Assembly (NCBI GenBank): GCA_024679065.1
Contig: JAGIQG010000026.1
Location: forward strand, 21,824,001-21,888,000
Direction of reading: 5' to 3'
Length of the DNA stretch: 64,000 nt
Source: Sphyrna mokarran
Lineage: Eukaryota
Shown: positions 39,042-53,939 of the stretch, piece by piece
How positions within the stretch are numbered: the first letter of the stretch is position 1
How the letters are laid out: each line of letters begins with the position of its first letter
The notes under the pieces: generated by a model
What the model was told of the DNA's origin: nothing
The model's input: only the letters and a program-made list of their open reading frames with translations
The model's database searches: none
Made by a program: the position numbers and the translations under genes

Positions 39042-40929
39042 TTAGTATCACCTACTTCCATAGGAATTTATTGCTACAAGAAACAGTCATCACTTTTACT
39101 TACGATTAATGGGCCTAGCGTGGTTAAACACCGATGAATATAAAAAAGAAAAAGCAGATATTTTCATTTCATTACTCTTCAATGTTCTTTTTTTCCTCTG
39201 AAGGAAGTACTATCTTGTGCTGGAGTACAGTTTGTGTTGACCACATTTTGGTACCTCAGACAACCCGCAGAACCTCAGCAGAACATAAGGGAAGTCCGTT
39301 TGCAAGTTATTCCAAACATGGATGAAATTATTTGGGGTATTGGTGTTAATCTCTGTGATTGCTGACTTAAAATACAGAGGCAAGAATAGCAAGAGAGGCA
39401 TGTTTAAATGCCTACAATTGCCTATAAAGCTTAAGCTCTTTACCATAGAACCACAATGCAGAAAATAATTTTCCAGCTCATTGGGTCTGCACCAACTCCA
39501 TTTTATTTACGAGGGGAAAACTTGTGAAAGTCAGAGGTCAGTTTCAGGGCACAGGATCCTCACATTTGCAAGATTGTGTTTTTAATAAAGATGAGAAGAG
39601 GGTTACTGACCAACTCTAGATGGAAATGTTCTTGGAAATTTGATGACATAATGTTCTGATCATGTGACCTATGATTACGAGCAAATATCTATCCCATTTT
39701 CTATGAAATGACAACTTTTCTCTGTTGCAATAATCACAGACATGGAAGACTCCACAGTGTACCAGATATAGAATCTGCCTCCTCCCTTTCCCCTCATTTT
39801 TTTTTTCCCCCCATGAGAATCCTTAATTCCACACTTTCCCACTTGTGGAAACAATTATTCACTGCTTACCCACAACAATGTCCCAAGGTTCACTTAATTC
39901 TTTGAACTGGCTGCTCCTTTCTCAATGCCACTCGCACTTGTCATCGTGTTGCTGCTGCTCCCATTTCTGTGTAAAATACTGGATCCCATAGTCACCCTAT
40001 TCCCCATCATCTTCCTGTCCAGATCTCTTACTACCCATCTCTCCCATTTATTCCCCTCTCTCTATTCTCAGCCTCTCTCTCCAACTTAGCCACTAACAAG
40101 GACACCCACACAGATTTCAGAGACCTCCCACAACCAGTCGTGATTCTATGAAGATTCTATAAAGCTCTGAGCAATAGTCAGCGATGAGCACTGTGGGAAA
40201 GGCTTTGAAATTAATCTGTTAAAAATTATACAATTTAATCACCTTCTGACTCCCAATTCCAAGATAACAATAATTAGTTGCTGCACTCCACATAAAAGTG
40301 TTTGTTCATGTGGGCTTGGAAGTTTAATGATCTAACCAATTTAGGGAAAGTAAGGTGTCAACTATATAATTGCAGAATGCATTGGGCAGTTCTCTTCATT
40401 GCATGGAAAAGATTCAAGAACTTGCAATAAATGTCAATAAGGTTCTACTCAGCCCTCAAGATTGCCAATCTTGTCTATAAATGCATTTACAGACAAGGTT
40501 GGCAAAGTAAATTTGTAGGCCTAATAAAAGCTCACATGAAATGCAATTGTATTTTTCATGCAGCAGTTATCAAGTCATCATCTCATGACATCTCACAACC
40601 TGTAGACATGTAAGATTTTGATAATACTAATTTTTAGGGTTGTATATTGGCCTGAAGTAATAGCTATGGATCATTTTTAACCATTTTTAAAATAATTCAG
40701 GTTGAATTTCTGTTAGTTGGGACATCTTACAAATGGCATCCGTTGCGCGTGAGAAACTACACTTAATGGATTTATGACTAAGTTACCTGAGACTGGCTCC
40801 AGCAGTTGTACATTGCTTTAATAATATCGTGGGCAATTAATAGTCTTATTATCAATTTTGAAGAAATGGCTGAGTTAAAATGATGCTATCTTGGAACAAA
40901 ACCCATGTATTGGTTTAAGTTTTTAAAAA

Positions 40930-41890
40930 TTCATTTGAGATGCGAGTATCACTGGCTTGACCAGCATTTATTGCCCACCCATAACTGTCCTTGAGAAGAC
41001 GGAGTGAATTGCCTTTTTGAATTGCTGCTGTCCCCGAGATATAGCAACACATGACCTAGGAGCTGGAGTAGGCAATTCAGCCCCTCGAGTTTCTTCCACC
41101 ATTCAATATGATCATAGCTGAAATGCCTTGGCCTCAACTCCATAATTCTCAACCCACCACTAATTAAAAATTCATCAATCTCCTTCTTAAAGTTACTCAA
41201 TGTGCCAGCATTCACTGCATTCTGAGGTAGTGAATTCCACAAATTCACGATCTTTGAAAGGAGCTGAATGATCCTGGCAGAACCCAAGTGCAGCATCCAT
41301 GATTAGATTGTTGTTAAGCAAGTCCCACTTGATAATTCCTGTTAATGACTCCTTCCATCATTTTACTGATGATCGAGGGTAGACTGATGAGGAGGTAATT
41401 GGCCTGAGTGGATTTGTCCTGTTTCTTGCATACAGGACATACCTAAGTAATTTTCTACATTACCACGTAGATGCCAGTGTTGTAGTTGTATTGGAACAGT
41501 TTGACTAGGGATACTGCATGTTTTGGAGCACAAGTCTTCAGTACTATTGCTGGAATTCTGTCAGGGCCCATCGTCTTTGCAGTATCCAGTGCCATTAGCC
41601 ATTTCTGGATATCACGTGGAATGAATTGAATTGGCTGAATAAGGGAATCTGTGATGCTGGGGACCTTCAGAGAAGGCTGAGATAGATCATTCATTCGGCA
41701 CTTCTGGCTGAAAATTATTGCGAATGTCTCAGCTTCAAATTTTGCACTTACGTGCTGGGCTCCTCCATCAATGAGATTGGGGCTATTTGTGGAGCCTCCT
41801 CCACCTCCAGTTATCCAACACCATTCCCTACTGGATGTGGCAGCAACTGTAGAGCGTAGATCTAACCTATAGGTTGTGGGATTGCTTAGC
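40930..41890 (-). mobile_element. Cluster of CR1-superfamily LINE fragments
   Basis: ORF 41455..41694 (LDTAKTMGPDRIPAIVLKTCAP) and ORF 40949..41296 (IVNLWNSLPQ...FKKEIDEFL). Confidence 0.7.
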
Positions 41891-43799
41891 TCTGTTGATT
41901 GATTACTTAACTGATTAACCCTGTTGTGGGGCAGAACATCTGCATTAGAATGAAATATTTATTTCCCTTTTGACATTATGCTAGTAAACATTATTGACAT
42001 GTAACCTTTATGACTTAAGTATTCGTGGGACTTAGGTTAAAATATACTGGTGTAAATATTTATGTTAGGTGTATTAGTGACAAAAGGATGTGACAGTGAC
42101 AGAATTTTCCCATAATCTGTCACTGTCCAGGCTCTGTGCATCCTCCAGATGCACAGTCAAGTTTTCGGACCTGATCTTCTGACATTGAGCAAAAAGAATT
42201 GGGGATGTGGTTTACATCGGCACCATAAAAGGACAGGAATAGGCTTGATAAGGCTGGTAAAGCAGGCTCCACACAGTCCATCTTTAAAGGGTACCCTGAT
42301 CTGAACTAAACATAAACTCATTAATTATATCAAAGTTTATTTAATTGTATTATAATGAGGTTCTCTTCCTATATGTGGATTTATATAGGAACGTTAGATC
42401 ACCAGTGAGGAGCAGGAGAAAATTGGAAAATAAGATCTCCCTGGTGAGAATGTAATTTCTTCACTCATGTAAAAATTTGCACACTTGTTTTCATTTGCAA
42501 TCACAATGGGCGCAAAATTACCTCCATTACTTATAACTGCTCTGTACCAAAAGGAAATGCGTCAGTTGTTCACAATGGAATGTAAACTCTGGCATCCAGG
42601 GAATAAAAGTTTTATCTTCAAGACTACATTACTCTAATCACAGAGATCGGATGACATCAGATAGCCTGTACCCCAAGCCAATTGAAGAAGTGAATTTGGA
42701 TTATTTCCAAATAAGAGATTCCAGGGTCATGAAAAATGGGGGTAAAGTCAGAAAATTTGAGTCATTGTTGGCATTCCTTTACCATGACTTCTGTGGTATG
42801 ATTCTTCTGCAACACAGTTCAACATCACTTCAGAGGAAAAAAAAAGAAGAGAAAGGCAATAACTGTGCTGACAATACTTAAGGAATCCTCGGTAATTATA
42901 GGATAAGAGACTTATCTTCAGTATTTTGTTAAGAATATCACAATGAGAGTTACATATGAACATAGATATTAGGAGCAGAAGTAGGTCACTTGGCCCCTCA
43001 AGCCTGCTCTGCCATTTAATATCATCATAACTGATCTGATTGTAGCCTTAACCCCACATTCCTGCTAATCCACGATAATCTTTCAGCTCCTTGTAGATCA
43101 AGAATCAATTTAAAAAAAAATTGGGATTATATTGGCATTCTGCATCAGCAAAGAAAGCACATATGGGTGTGTCCATAGTTAAATAAATAGGGGGAAGATT
43201 ACTAGAGATAGATAGTTAGGTTGATGCATTTGTAGTGAGAAGTTGTGTTCAGTTTGAGTTACAAGTAAATAAATTGGATCTAAAATTTACATTGAGATAA
43301 GTGGGAAACTTGGTTTTATAGTTGTCAAGTTTCAAAAGGAAGTTCAGAGGTGATAAGGAATATTTGCATTTTCCAAAGGTTCCATAAAAGTGGAATTTAT
43401 AGTAAAGGGCACTCTGATCTCAAATTGAAATTGAGGACTCTCCACTCTGTTCTCAATGAATGGATGATTTCCCACCTCTCTCCCCAACAAAGATTGCTGG
43501 CACTGGGGCACTCCAAATGGGTTCCTCTACATGATCCCCTTTTTAAACCCCCTCATGACTCTCAATGCCCCACCCTCCTCTGCCCCAGCCCCTAGGCAAT
43601 GCCCACTTGGTAATGCCCATCTTGAAACCCAAAAATCATACACTATTCACCTATTGCTCAAAACAGTAGTTCATAACAAGAGAAAAACTACAAGTTGAGA
43701 TGGATGTTCTTTTTGAGCTTTTAAAAGGAAGATGCTTTCAGAGTATCACACAAACATGTAGACACTGGGACTAATAACCTTCCCAAAATGGAAAGGAAA

Positions 43800-44215
43800 T
43801 AAATCTCCAGCAAAGCCCCACACACGCTGGAGGAGTATTGTCTCATCTTCTGGTTGGGTACGCTGTAACCCTCAGGACTCAACACTGGGTTCAGCAACTT
43901 TAGATTTTGACCTTTCTTCTTAAACCTCCTTTCTTCTCTTTTCTTTTTAATATTCCATATATCTATTGCTTCAAAGAAAAGCATCCCCACTCCCTCTTGC
44001 ATTTGGCCATCTGTCATTTGTTCTTAAAGTTGCTACTTTTCTTTGCAGTTTTTTTTTGCTCTAACATTCTCCTTCCCTTCAGTTCCTGTGAAAGATCCAT
44101 GACTTGAAATGTTAGCTGTGTTTCTCTCCTGGTAGATGGTGGTAGACCTGCTGAGTTTTTCCAGGTTCCTCTATTCTTGTTTCAGGTTCCAGCATCTGTA
44201 GTATTTTACTTATTT
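43800..44215 (+). mobile_element. Degenerate Penelope-like 3' end (GIY-YIG C-terminus plus pLTR)
   Basis: LEEYCLIFWLGTL*PSGLNTGFSNF resembles the PLE endonuclease C-terminus; decayed hammerhead-like ctgtgaaagatccatgacttgaaatgtta at ~44086-44114. Confidence 0.6.
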
Positions 44216-44562
44216 TAAATTTGTGTATGTGCTGTTGTTGCCAATCAATAGTTTAAGAGATTAAACAATTGATCATAGAAAATATATCCCATCAATTCCC
44301 TTTAAAGTTAATATTATTGCTGAAGGAGTCAAAGACACGGGGCTAGAAATATATGTTTTTCATTAATACATTGAAGACAAATTAAATCACTTGCTTTCTC
44401 CATCCCCCCTGAGGAATGGCAAGTGGTTGACTAGTAAAAGCCATTATCATTTTTGGCTGATAAGCAATTAATGCCTACTTGAAAATGCAATGTGTGCATT
44501 GGCCTTTTATAACATGTATGGTACTGTACTCCAGTGAATTGGAAACTAAATATAGATACTTA

Positions 44563-44748
<186 letters not shown>

Positions 44749-45879
44749 TTATCCTTAGTGGCTACCTCCACCACTAACTAAAAGAATTATTGTGACAAGT
44801 ATTGCATGGAAATGCAAATCTCGCCTACTTCCATCTCTTGCAATGACAGATAGTTTTAATTTAAAAGCACCACTGTCTACTCAGGTATTAGATTTCTTCC
44901 CCATTCTGTACATTGAAATATGCTGCACCAGAACAAGAATAGCACAATTAGAATTTAATCGCCTATTACATTGCAACCGTTACGAGATTATTTTCATAAA
45001 TCAGATGTCATGTTTTTGAATGGAGCCTTGATGATTCATTAGTATAACTGCAACTTTTCTTAAACAGTAATGTCAATCAAGGAATCTTTTCTCAATTTCA
45101 CATATTAGAGCAAACTATAAAACTTATACTTTGTCAAAATGCTCTGCATAAATTCTGTTATTATGAAAGGAAATTGCTCAAGATTGTAGCTTTATTATGT
45201 AGCACACGGATTTTAATACGAGGGCCTACTGTTTGGAAACAAAATACTGTCTACAGGAACGAGACATGTTAACATGATGAGACTATAGAAAGTGACATCA
45301 TGCAAATCTTACTGTAAATCAATGCTCCATTATGATATTTTACAGCTGACAATAAAAAAGTTATAGGTTTAGTTTATTGACTATAGTTATTACAATTGTA
45401 CGAAGGGATATTAGTAAAATGTTTCTTAAGGCTTTTCAATTAATATAATTACCTGGTTATTGTTCACAGATTTTAAGATGTTAACAGCTTTGGAACAATG
45501 ATTCACGAGTAAAATTCACAAATTATAGTCCAGACTTTCTGATATCTTACCTTGAAAAACATGCTAAGCAACCAGTCAGAAATCCCAATGCACTAATTCC
45601 GTGGTGGAATCCCCTAGAAAGTTTGAATTCCAATGGGAAATTCCTCTGCTTCCTGAGACTCTCCGAAAAAGTCTGTAATGTTGTGGTATTGCCAGAGTCT
45701 TTGGACAGTTCTAATTTACTTACCTGGATAGATACCCAGGAAACATTAGATCGCAATGGAAACCACCCCCCTGCCCACATCTCTAAACACTCCAATCAGT
45801 TGTTGTTGGGTCATCTTGGAAGAGGTTGGGTGTCTTAATATTAGCAAAAGATCCAGTTGGAGCCAGCTGAACAAAAGCC

Positions 45880-47075
45880 GAACAATAGAGATCATTGATA
45901 AATGAATAGATTCCTTCACTTGGTTTTTAATTCTGATGGTTGAATTTTGACCACTCTGTGATGATGCTTCAAAAAACATTAAAATACACTGAACTCCAGA
46001 GGTATGGTGAGAATGACTGTCCTTGACATCAAGGCAACATTTTACCAAATATGGCTTCAAGAAATCCTAGAAAAACTGGAGTCAATGGGATCGGCGGGAA
46101 ACTCTCCAGTAGTTGGAGACATACCTGGCACAAAGAGCAATGGTTGCAGTTGATGAAGTTCAATCATCCTGGGTATCTACCCAGGTAAGGAACATTACTA
46201 CAAAGGTTCCTCAGTGTATTGCCCTAGGCCCAACCATCTTAATTGTTTCATTCCTTCACCATAAGGTCAGAATGGGGATGGTCACTAATGGTTGAACAAT
46301 GATGAGCACCATTTGTGACTCTTCAGATGCAGAGACAATATGCAGAAATATCTGGATTACATTCAGGTACGGACAGATAAGTGGCAAGTAACATTTATGC
46401 CACACAAGTTTGAGACAGTGACCATCTCCAAGAGAAGAGCATCCAACTATCTCCCCTTGACAATCAATGGCATCATCATCCCTGAATTTCCCATTATCAA
46501 TATCCTGTGGGTTACCAATGACCATGAACTGAACTGGACGAACCATATAAATACACGGCCACAAGAACGTGCCAGAGACTGAGAATTCTCCAGCAAGTAA
46601 CTCACCTCCTGACTCCTCAAAGTCTGCCTTCAAAGCACCAGTATTTTGGAATGCTCCCCCCATGCCTGGATGAGTCTCTGACAACACTGAAGCAGCTCAG
46701 CACTATCCAAGACCAAGCAACCTGCTTGATTGGACCATATCCACCACCTTTAACATGATGCACAGTGGCTGCAGTGTGTACCACTTATAAGGTGCACTGC
46801 AACAACTCTCCTTCAACAACACCTTCCAAACCCAGAAATTCTATTGCTTCAAAGCACCAAAGCAGTAGATGCATGAAAACACCACCACCTAGAAATTTTC
46901 CTTCAGCTCACAAACCATCCTGACTTGGAACTATAATCGCTGTTCCTTCATTGTCACTGGGTTAAAATCCTGCAACATCCTTTCAACAGCACTGTGGGCA
47001 TACTTACACTACATGGACTGCAGCAGCTCCAGCTCAGCTCAGGGTAATTAGGGCTGGGGAATAAAAGTGTTGACC
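45880..47075 (+). mobile_element. Decayed CR1-superfamily LINE (RT to 3' UTR)
   Basis: LDIKATF, VPQCIALGPT and QKYLDYIQVRTDKWQVTF fragments; 3' part homologous to 11490-11928. Confidence 0.7.
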
Positions 47076-47428
47076 TTAGTCTAACCATCCTGTCCTCCTG
47101 ACTTCCCCAACCTAAATAGCCCTCACCACCCCCCACCTAATCAGGCCCAACCCCACCATCCAACTTTCTCCCTCACCTCAACTTGACTGACTAGATCCAA
47201 CCACCTGATTATCCTGACCTGACCCAACTCAACCATCCCAAACCACATACCACCCCAACCACATCACGCTAATCCACCTGCCACCCTACTCACCTCTACA
47301 CTACTGACCTGCCATGTGCCCCACTTCGCCCACCTGCCACCTTGCTACCGTTCCCACGTGCCATCCTACACTCTTCCCTACTCACCTAACACCTTACACA
47401 CATCTCACCTGCCCTATCCCAAATAGGG

Positions 47429-48186
47429 GAGTTTCCTAGTAGCACGTCTAGAAATTTAATTTAATTTGCCTAGCGATAACAGGCAAAAAGTAAGTGGCTA
47501 AAGCCACTTACTTTACCCATTCTATCCTCCACCAAACTTATCTCACTGGCTCTATCCCCTTATCCACTTCCTTCACCCAGCCACCAACTTACCTTCTTCC
47601 CTTCTCTCCACAGTTTTTTAAGGCAGCTTTGGGACATTTAAAATCTTTACCTACCAGAATAAAGCAGCTGGTGCTCTATCATGGAGGCATTGTTTTTACA
47701 TGGTTTCCCTTGAATGATGTTTCTGAATTGTCCTGTGTTGAGCCAGTTTGGAAGTGTACCCTATTGGAAAATTGGATGGAAAAATTGGAGGAAGGTAAAT
47801 GGGGTTCTGATCCTTATCAGAAGATTTGGGTTACTGTCATCCTCCTAGTATAGAAGTAAGTGCAGTCTTGCATAGATTATATGCCTCAAACAATATAAGA
47901 CAGACTACATTGTATGCTTCTAAGATGGTCGATGGGTGCCAGTCTGTCTCTACAGTCATAAATGATTTATGTTCTTGATGGGTTTAATATATCAAACCAG
48001 GATGAACATTTCTGAAAGTGTGAATGATATCCATTTTGTACTTAATTCACTTGGGAATAGACATTGTCAGAAAGACAGATTAACAAGCAAGGCATTGTAA
48101 GTTATTCACATTTCTATGTGTGCATGTATTTTCTGTTATCGCTAGGCAAATTAAATTAAATTTCTAGACGTGCTACTAGGAAACTC
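47429..48186. repeat. Perfect 54-bp inverted repeat pair (47429-47482 / 48133-48186)
   Basis: gagtttcctagtagcacgtctagaaatttaatttaatttgcctagcgataacag and its exact reverse complement. Confidence 0.95.
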
Positions 48187-48709
48187 AACTATTGTCAATA
48201 TGAGATAATTTTGTTAATGTACATGCTCTCCTAAAGTGTCCTATTATTTTAATGAATATGACACAATAAATTAATTTTAATTTCATTTAAGTGCAGTTGT
48301 AAATGCTATTTCTGTCACAGTGCATGTTCAAGCAGAGCTGGAAAGATTCACAGAATCTCAGGGTTGTTAAGGTGCAGCAGGGGTCCATTTGGCTCATCAT
48401 GTCTGCAACAGCTCTCTGAATGAGCAACTCACCACTACCATTCCTCCACCTTCTCCTCATAACCCTGAATTCTTCCTTTTCAGATAATAGCTCCATTTCT
48501 TTTGGATGCTTATTGAACCTGCCTCCACCACACTCTCAGGCAGTGCATTCTCCTCCCCTTAGATCAAGTAAATACCATTAGATTCTAAACAATGCATGTT
48601 GGGAGAAAGGAACAGTTAAACATCAAGGGGAAAATATATCAAATTATAAGCAATTTTGTAGACTCCTTGCAGTATTTACTCTACTCTGAAACACACAATG
48701 AATCATCTA

Positions 48710-48865
<156 letters not shown>

Positions 48866-50519
48866 CTAAGAAGAAAAAACAAAATAAGTCTCAAACGATT
48901 GCAAAATCATAATACATTGTTCTGGTACTTTCTTAATACCTCCAACAGTGTAACACTAATTTTTTTTTTTAACATGAATAAGGAATATTACACAAAACTG
49001 AAATACTGTCTCAGCTGAATATCATTTCCTTGCTCTGCAATTGAAAAACAAACATATCTTCAACCATATGTTCTCCATATTTTTGATTGTGTGATCAAGA
49101 AATCATGAGGCACATTAATACCCCAGGAAATGACGGCACATACAAACCTGAGGTGATTTCACTATCTTTCATTTAATGTTCCCGCCAACCAAATTTGCTT
49201 TAAGCTATATCCTGAGACTTTTAATTTAAACATTCCATCTCCTTAAAAGTCTCAATTTCTTTCTTCCTAATGTAAACATTGGGGCTGGAATTCTCCCAAA
49301 AAAATTCTAAGTGCTGAATTCTTATAAAAACTGGAATCACTCTTGTTGTTTTTTGCAACAGCGTTTTCAAAATGAAGCTCCAACACTCTAAGCGTCCTAG
49401 AGTGAATCATGATGAAAAGCTGGGGCAGGACCAATTCTCGCTGAACAGCGCAGCAGCATAGCGCTCAATGGGCCATTGCGCATGTGCCCATGTGTCAGCA
49501 CCAAGATCAGTGCAGGTATGGTAGCCCACACTGCCAGTCTCACAATCACTGACCAGTTCTGTGACCCTGCGTTGCTGGTCAAGAAATACCTCCTATCCCC
49601 TCCACTGATCACTGGTCTTCTGGACATGCCAGGCCAATGCTGACACCCGCCCACCTCCTCCTGCCCAAGTGAAGCGATCAAACTTCATTTCAAGTATTGT
49701 ACTCAGTTCTGGGCATCACACTTTAGGAAGGACATACAAGGTAAATATATCCAGTGTCACTGTGTGTTTTATGTTCCTAAATAGGAAATTCTCATGCAAG
49801 TGTACAAAAATCCTGAACAGGTAGCCTGTTCAGCTTCCCCACATATTTGCTTTCATATAGCTCACACGTAGCAAGTCTATTGCAATGATACTTTGCATCT
49901 TTCCACATCAGGGATTCTCTTCTTTTTCCTCTACCATGTTCATATACAAACCAATATGATGTCCCTTCTGTGTCACAAAGCCACAATGTGCAGTCAGGCC
50001 ATCTTCATCAATCCATGGAGAATATTTGATATTAGCGACATTGGTAATTGAAAAAAAAACCTCAGGTCCTTTAACAATTGTAACCATTGTAAGAATTAGT
50101 ACACAATATGGTCTCTGATATATTATTCACTGTTGTTTTGTTATGTACAGAATATCCTATAATGTTTTGCAAGATCACATTCTAAAATTGCATGGTTTAC
50201 AGAAGATTTTCCAATATGTAAATAAAGGTTTGACCTGAAATTAGCAAAACATGTTTTTTAGTAATAAGCACATCTTTTGCATTTTTTTTAATCTAGTGTA
50301 AAAGATCGTGAATATTTGATTCACACTGGACATGACAAGCAATTGAAATTCCTTTTGTGTCAGTTTGGCTGACTTTATGTGAATGAAAGGTAACCTAGAG
50401 AACTCTTGATTGGCATATTTTCACATTATGACTCTGTATTTTGCAGCTCAGGTATTTTTCTGTTATAAACTACGTGACCCGGACAGTATTAAATGAATAT
50501 ATCACATTTGTTAACCTAC

Positions 50520-50609
50520 CTTCATTCGAAAGAAGGTTATACTGGTTAAGAGATCAACTGTGGACTTCAAATCTTGTAATCTTTCAGGACTGCTTGCTGG
50601 AAAATTGTT
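50520..50609 (-). CDS. UNC13A: UNC13A exon 5: [30 protein letters not shown]
   Basis: aaacag|AAC ... AAG|gtaggt; 90 nt. Confidence 0.93.
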
Positions 50610-51339
50610 CTGTTTAAAAGGAAGTATTTTATCCACAAATGCAAGCTATTCTTAAATAAACAACAACAAATTCATTCAAATGTTAATGGCATTATAAAGC
50701 ATAGAGCACGTTCTAATTGTGTAAAATCCAGAAGTTTAGCATTTCAGCTCTATACATCAACACCTTGTACTAAGGGACAAATTCAACAATCTCAAACATT
50801 TCTGTTGCTTTGTTTGGTCTGCATTTCAGGGAGCTTAACTTTCAATAATATTTATTTTTGTATTAAATTTAATCATACTTTTTATTCCATCCTTCCCCAC
50901 AACTTAAGTGAAACTCTCATGCTACTGAAGTTTAATATTGCAGATAGCATTATTTACAACTCATCACTATAAATCTTCAAGCAATAAATTAGATTTCCTT
51001 TCTGCACTGGGTTTTACATTTATACTAACAACATTAGAATTGTAGGCTGCAAAGTAATGTTGCTACAGCTATTGATTCATTTAATGTACTACTATTCAGT
51101 TTACACAAAAACATATATAAATTTACAGTAACCTTTCTAGAAAGAAAAGGCTACACCACTCAGTGGCACTCTGTCTTCTCGTGAGTCAAACAGAGATACA
51201 AAAAGCACCAATTTTCTGGTCTGGTACCCAAGGGAATTTGAAATATGTTTAACTTCATATTATTTAAAGTAGGCATTAGATTCCTTGCAGATGGTAATGA
51301 GAAACTGTTTTAGGACCTACTTTAGGAGAGGGGAGAGGG

Positions 51340-52230
51340 GTTTCATTTTCTGGGCCTGTCAATGGCGAGCGCAAATTCCATTCTGGTTGGAAACTCATGC
51401 AAAAGGGCTATAATGAGATTTGCACTGGGCAGACATCAGAATGAGATCTTCCCTGCCTGCTCCCACCTAACCCCCCTCACCACCACCACCGCTGGCGACA
51501 CAATCAATTTCATGCCCAGAAAGGGCTTGAACCTGATATGAATGAATTTAAGTGAAATACAATCTAATTAAAAGGCAAAATGCCATATCTTCCAGAAACA
51601 TCTCATGTTCCCATCCGCCAGTGTGACATAGTGCTTTGCAACAGTTGAGATGTCTATGCAAGGAGGTGTGAAGGCCAATATAGCTCCTAAATGGTCAGGA
51701 CTCCTAGCATTCTGGCAGTGACAACCTATGGTGGGGCAAGAACAACAGGCAGACTCATAACAGGGTTTCCATAGGTTGGGTGAGATGATGTGCTGGTGAT
51801 TAAGACCAGAGTGGGGGCAAACTGTCTCTTCACTTTGAGATTGGGACATTCTGTAACATTGGGGCACCAAAGTCTGTGGACCCAGACGTGCCAGCATCAT
51901 TAGACACTGCCTCTCAGGTATCACTGTGCAAAACGCAATCCCCTCCTTTCTTTGTCAAAGTGTTAGAAGGTCCAGAGAGAAAACTTGCCTTTTCTCCAGA
52001 GAGATATATGCTGGTTTTCAGTCAGAACTTGAACTTTCCTGTTTTTTTATAAAATTCCACCAATTATTGAAATTGTTTGGCAGAGAGATGAAACTGGCCA
52101 GTTCCACTCAAATATTCACCCATTTGCTAGCTCAACTAGTGGTTCCTAAAGAACTGAGAACTAAACGATAAGCATGTTTTAAAAATTTACTTTTAAATTT
52201 AAATTTACTTTTATGTGTAAATCTCAGCCC
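51340..52230 (-). mobile_element. Harbinger-like deletion derivative with transposase remnant
   Basis: Minus-strand IPERQCL... resembles the transposase N-terminus at 27.1 kb; end aaatctcagcccc; boundaries approximate. Confidence 0.4.
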
Positions 52231-53154
52231 CAGAACACTGCACATTAGCTTTTCTCCACCTCCCACCCCTCAAGGTCTGACCTGGGATTTACTGAAGTGA
52301 GCATCACCAATTGCAGAGCTGTAGACTGTTACGCATACATTACTTTTTTATTGTATAACACATAATTTATAGTTTATTTTGAGAGCAAACATGCTCGAAG
52401 AGTTAATAGGAACATTTTAGAATAAATAAACAAAATGTACTGTTTCAGCAGTATGACTTTAACCTTACCTTCATACAAACACAAAACATTGCAGAGCTTA
52501 GAATCTGAAATGAAAACAAAAAATACTGGAAACATTCAGGAGGTTGTCAAGCTGAGGGTTTCCAGCATTTCAGTTCATTTCAATGATCTTAATCCTGCAC
52601 TAAATGATGTCTCTATTCAGGACATCTGATTCTTGATGTAACACTTCCAGTTCAAAAAGACATTAGAAATTTCTTGCTATCAGTTTGAATTTACTTGGAA
52701 AGAAAATAAGACTGCCAATATCCTTTTCCATTAGGTGATAATTAGTAACTAGAAAGGTTAGCCAGGGTTCTACATTAGCTTCTATTTGCACTAATACTAC
52801 TAACCTGCTGTAACTCTCTTCCCTCTGCAGAGGACTGTTAATGCAAAATATATCCATGACAACTTGTTTAACACTTTACATCTCAGTGTCAATTTAATTA
52901 ATGCAGTAAGTTAATACTGTTAACAAAAAGAAGATTGCACCAACAGAGGCCCAAATATGCAAGTAATTATCTCATTCTGGGACAGCAAGCTGGACAATCT
53001 GAAAAAAATGCTTTTTTCTCCATTGTAATTTTTTTTATTGATGTATTTACTATTTTCTGAATGTAGTACAATTTTGGTAATCCTCAAAAGGTGACTGGCA
53101 TTAACACAGGCTACTGTATATTTTGTACATTTTAAATTTCTAATAAGGTTTTTA

Positions 53155-53304
<150 letters not shown>

Positions 53305-53939
53305 TCATGACAATTTGAATCACAAGGCTAGATTGTCAACCTACTGCCTGGTCAATAAACTCCTATTGAAGATCAACTACCCCTCCTACAGACTGTCCAA
53401 TTTTCATTTCTATTGAGTCTGTTGAAAACAAAATATATCCTGACAATATCAAAGTAGGCAGTAACTCTCACCAATAATCCACTATCTAAGTAATGCTTGC
53501 ACATCATCTCAATCAAAATAAGTAATTTGCACCAAATTATTTTCAACTGACTCAGAAGAACTAAACAACATCTACACCATCTTTCATGATGGGAGTAGTT
53601 ATAGAATTGGAATCACAACTCATACACATAACTGCTATACCACTGTCGTGTGACTTTCATTTTTCTTTTTGCTGCTTTTCTGCATAACAAACACTCTAGA
53701 CTCCACTGGGATTCTAAAACAGATCAGTCATCATGTGCTGGCACAAACTGGGCATTATTCTTTTATTGTCAACATACATGATTTGTCATATTTATTGCAA
53801 AATGTTTACTTTGAACTTAAGTTATTTTTCTATGTACAATTATCCCATAAATAATTTTCACACATGCAGAATGTACAAGAAGCCAATTTACATTAATTTA
53901 AATCAAGTTGAATCCAAATAAAAACACCATCATCAGATC

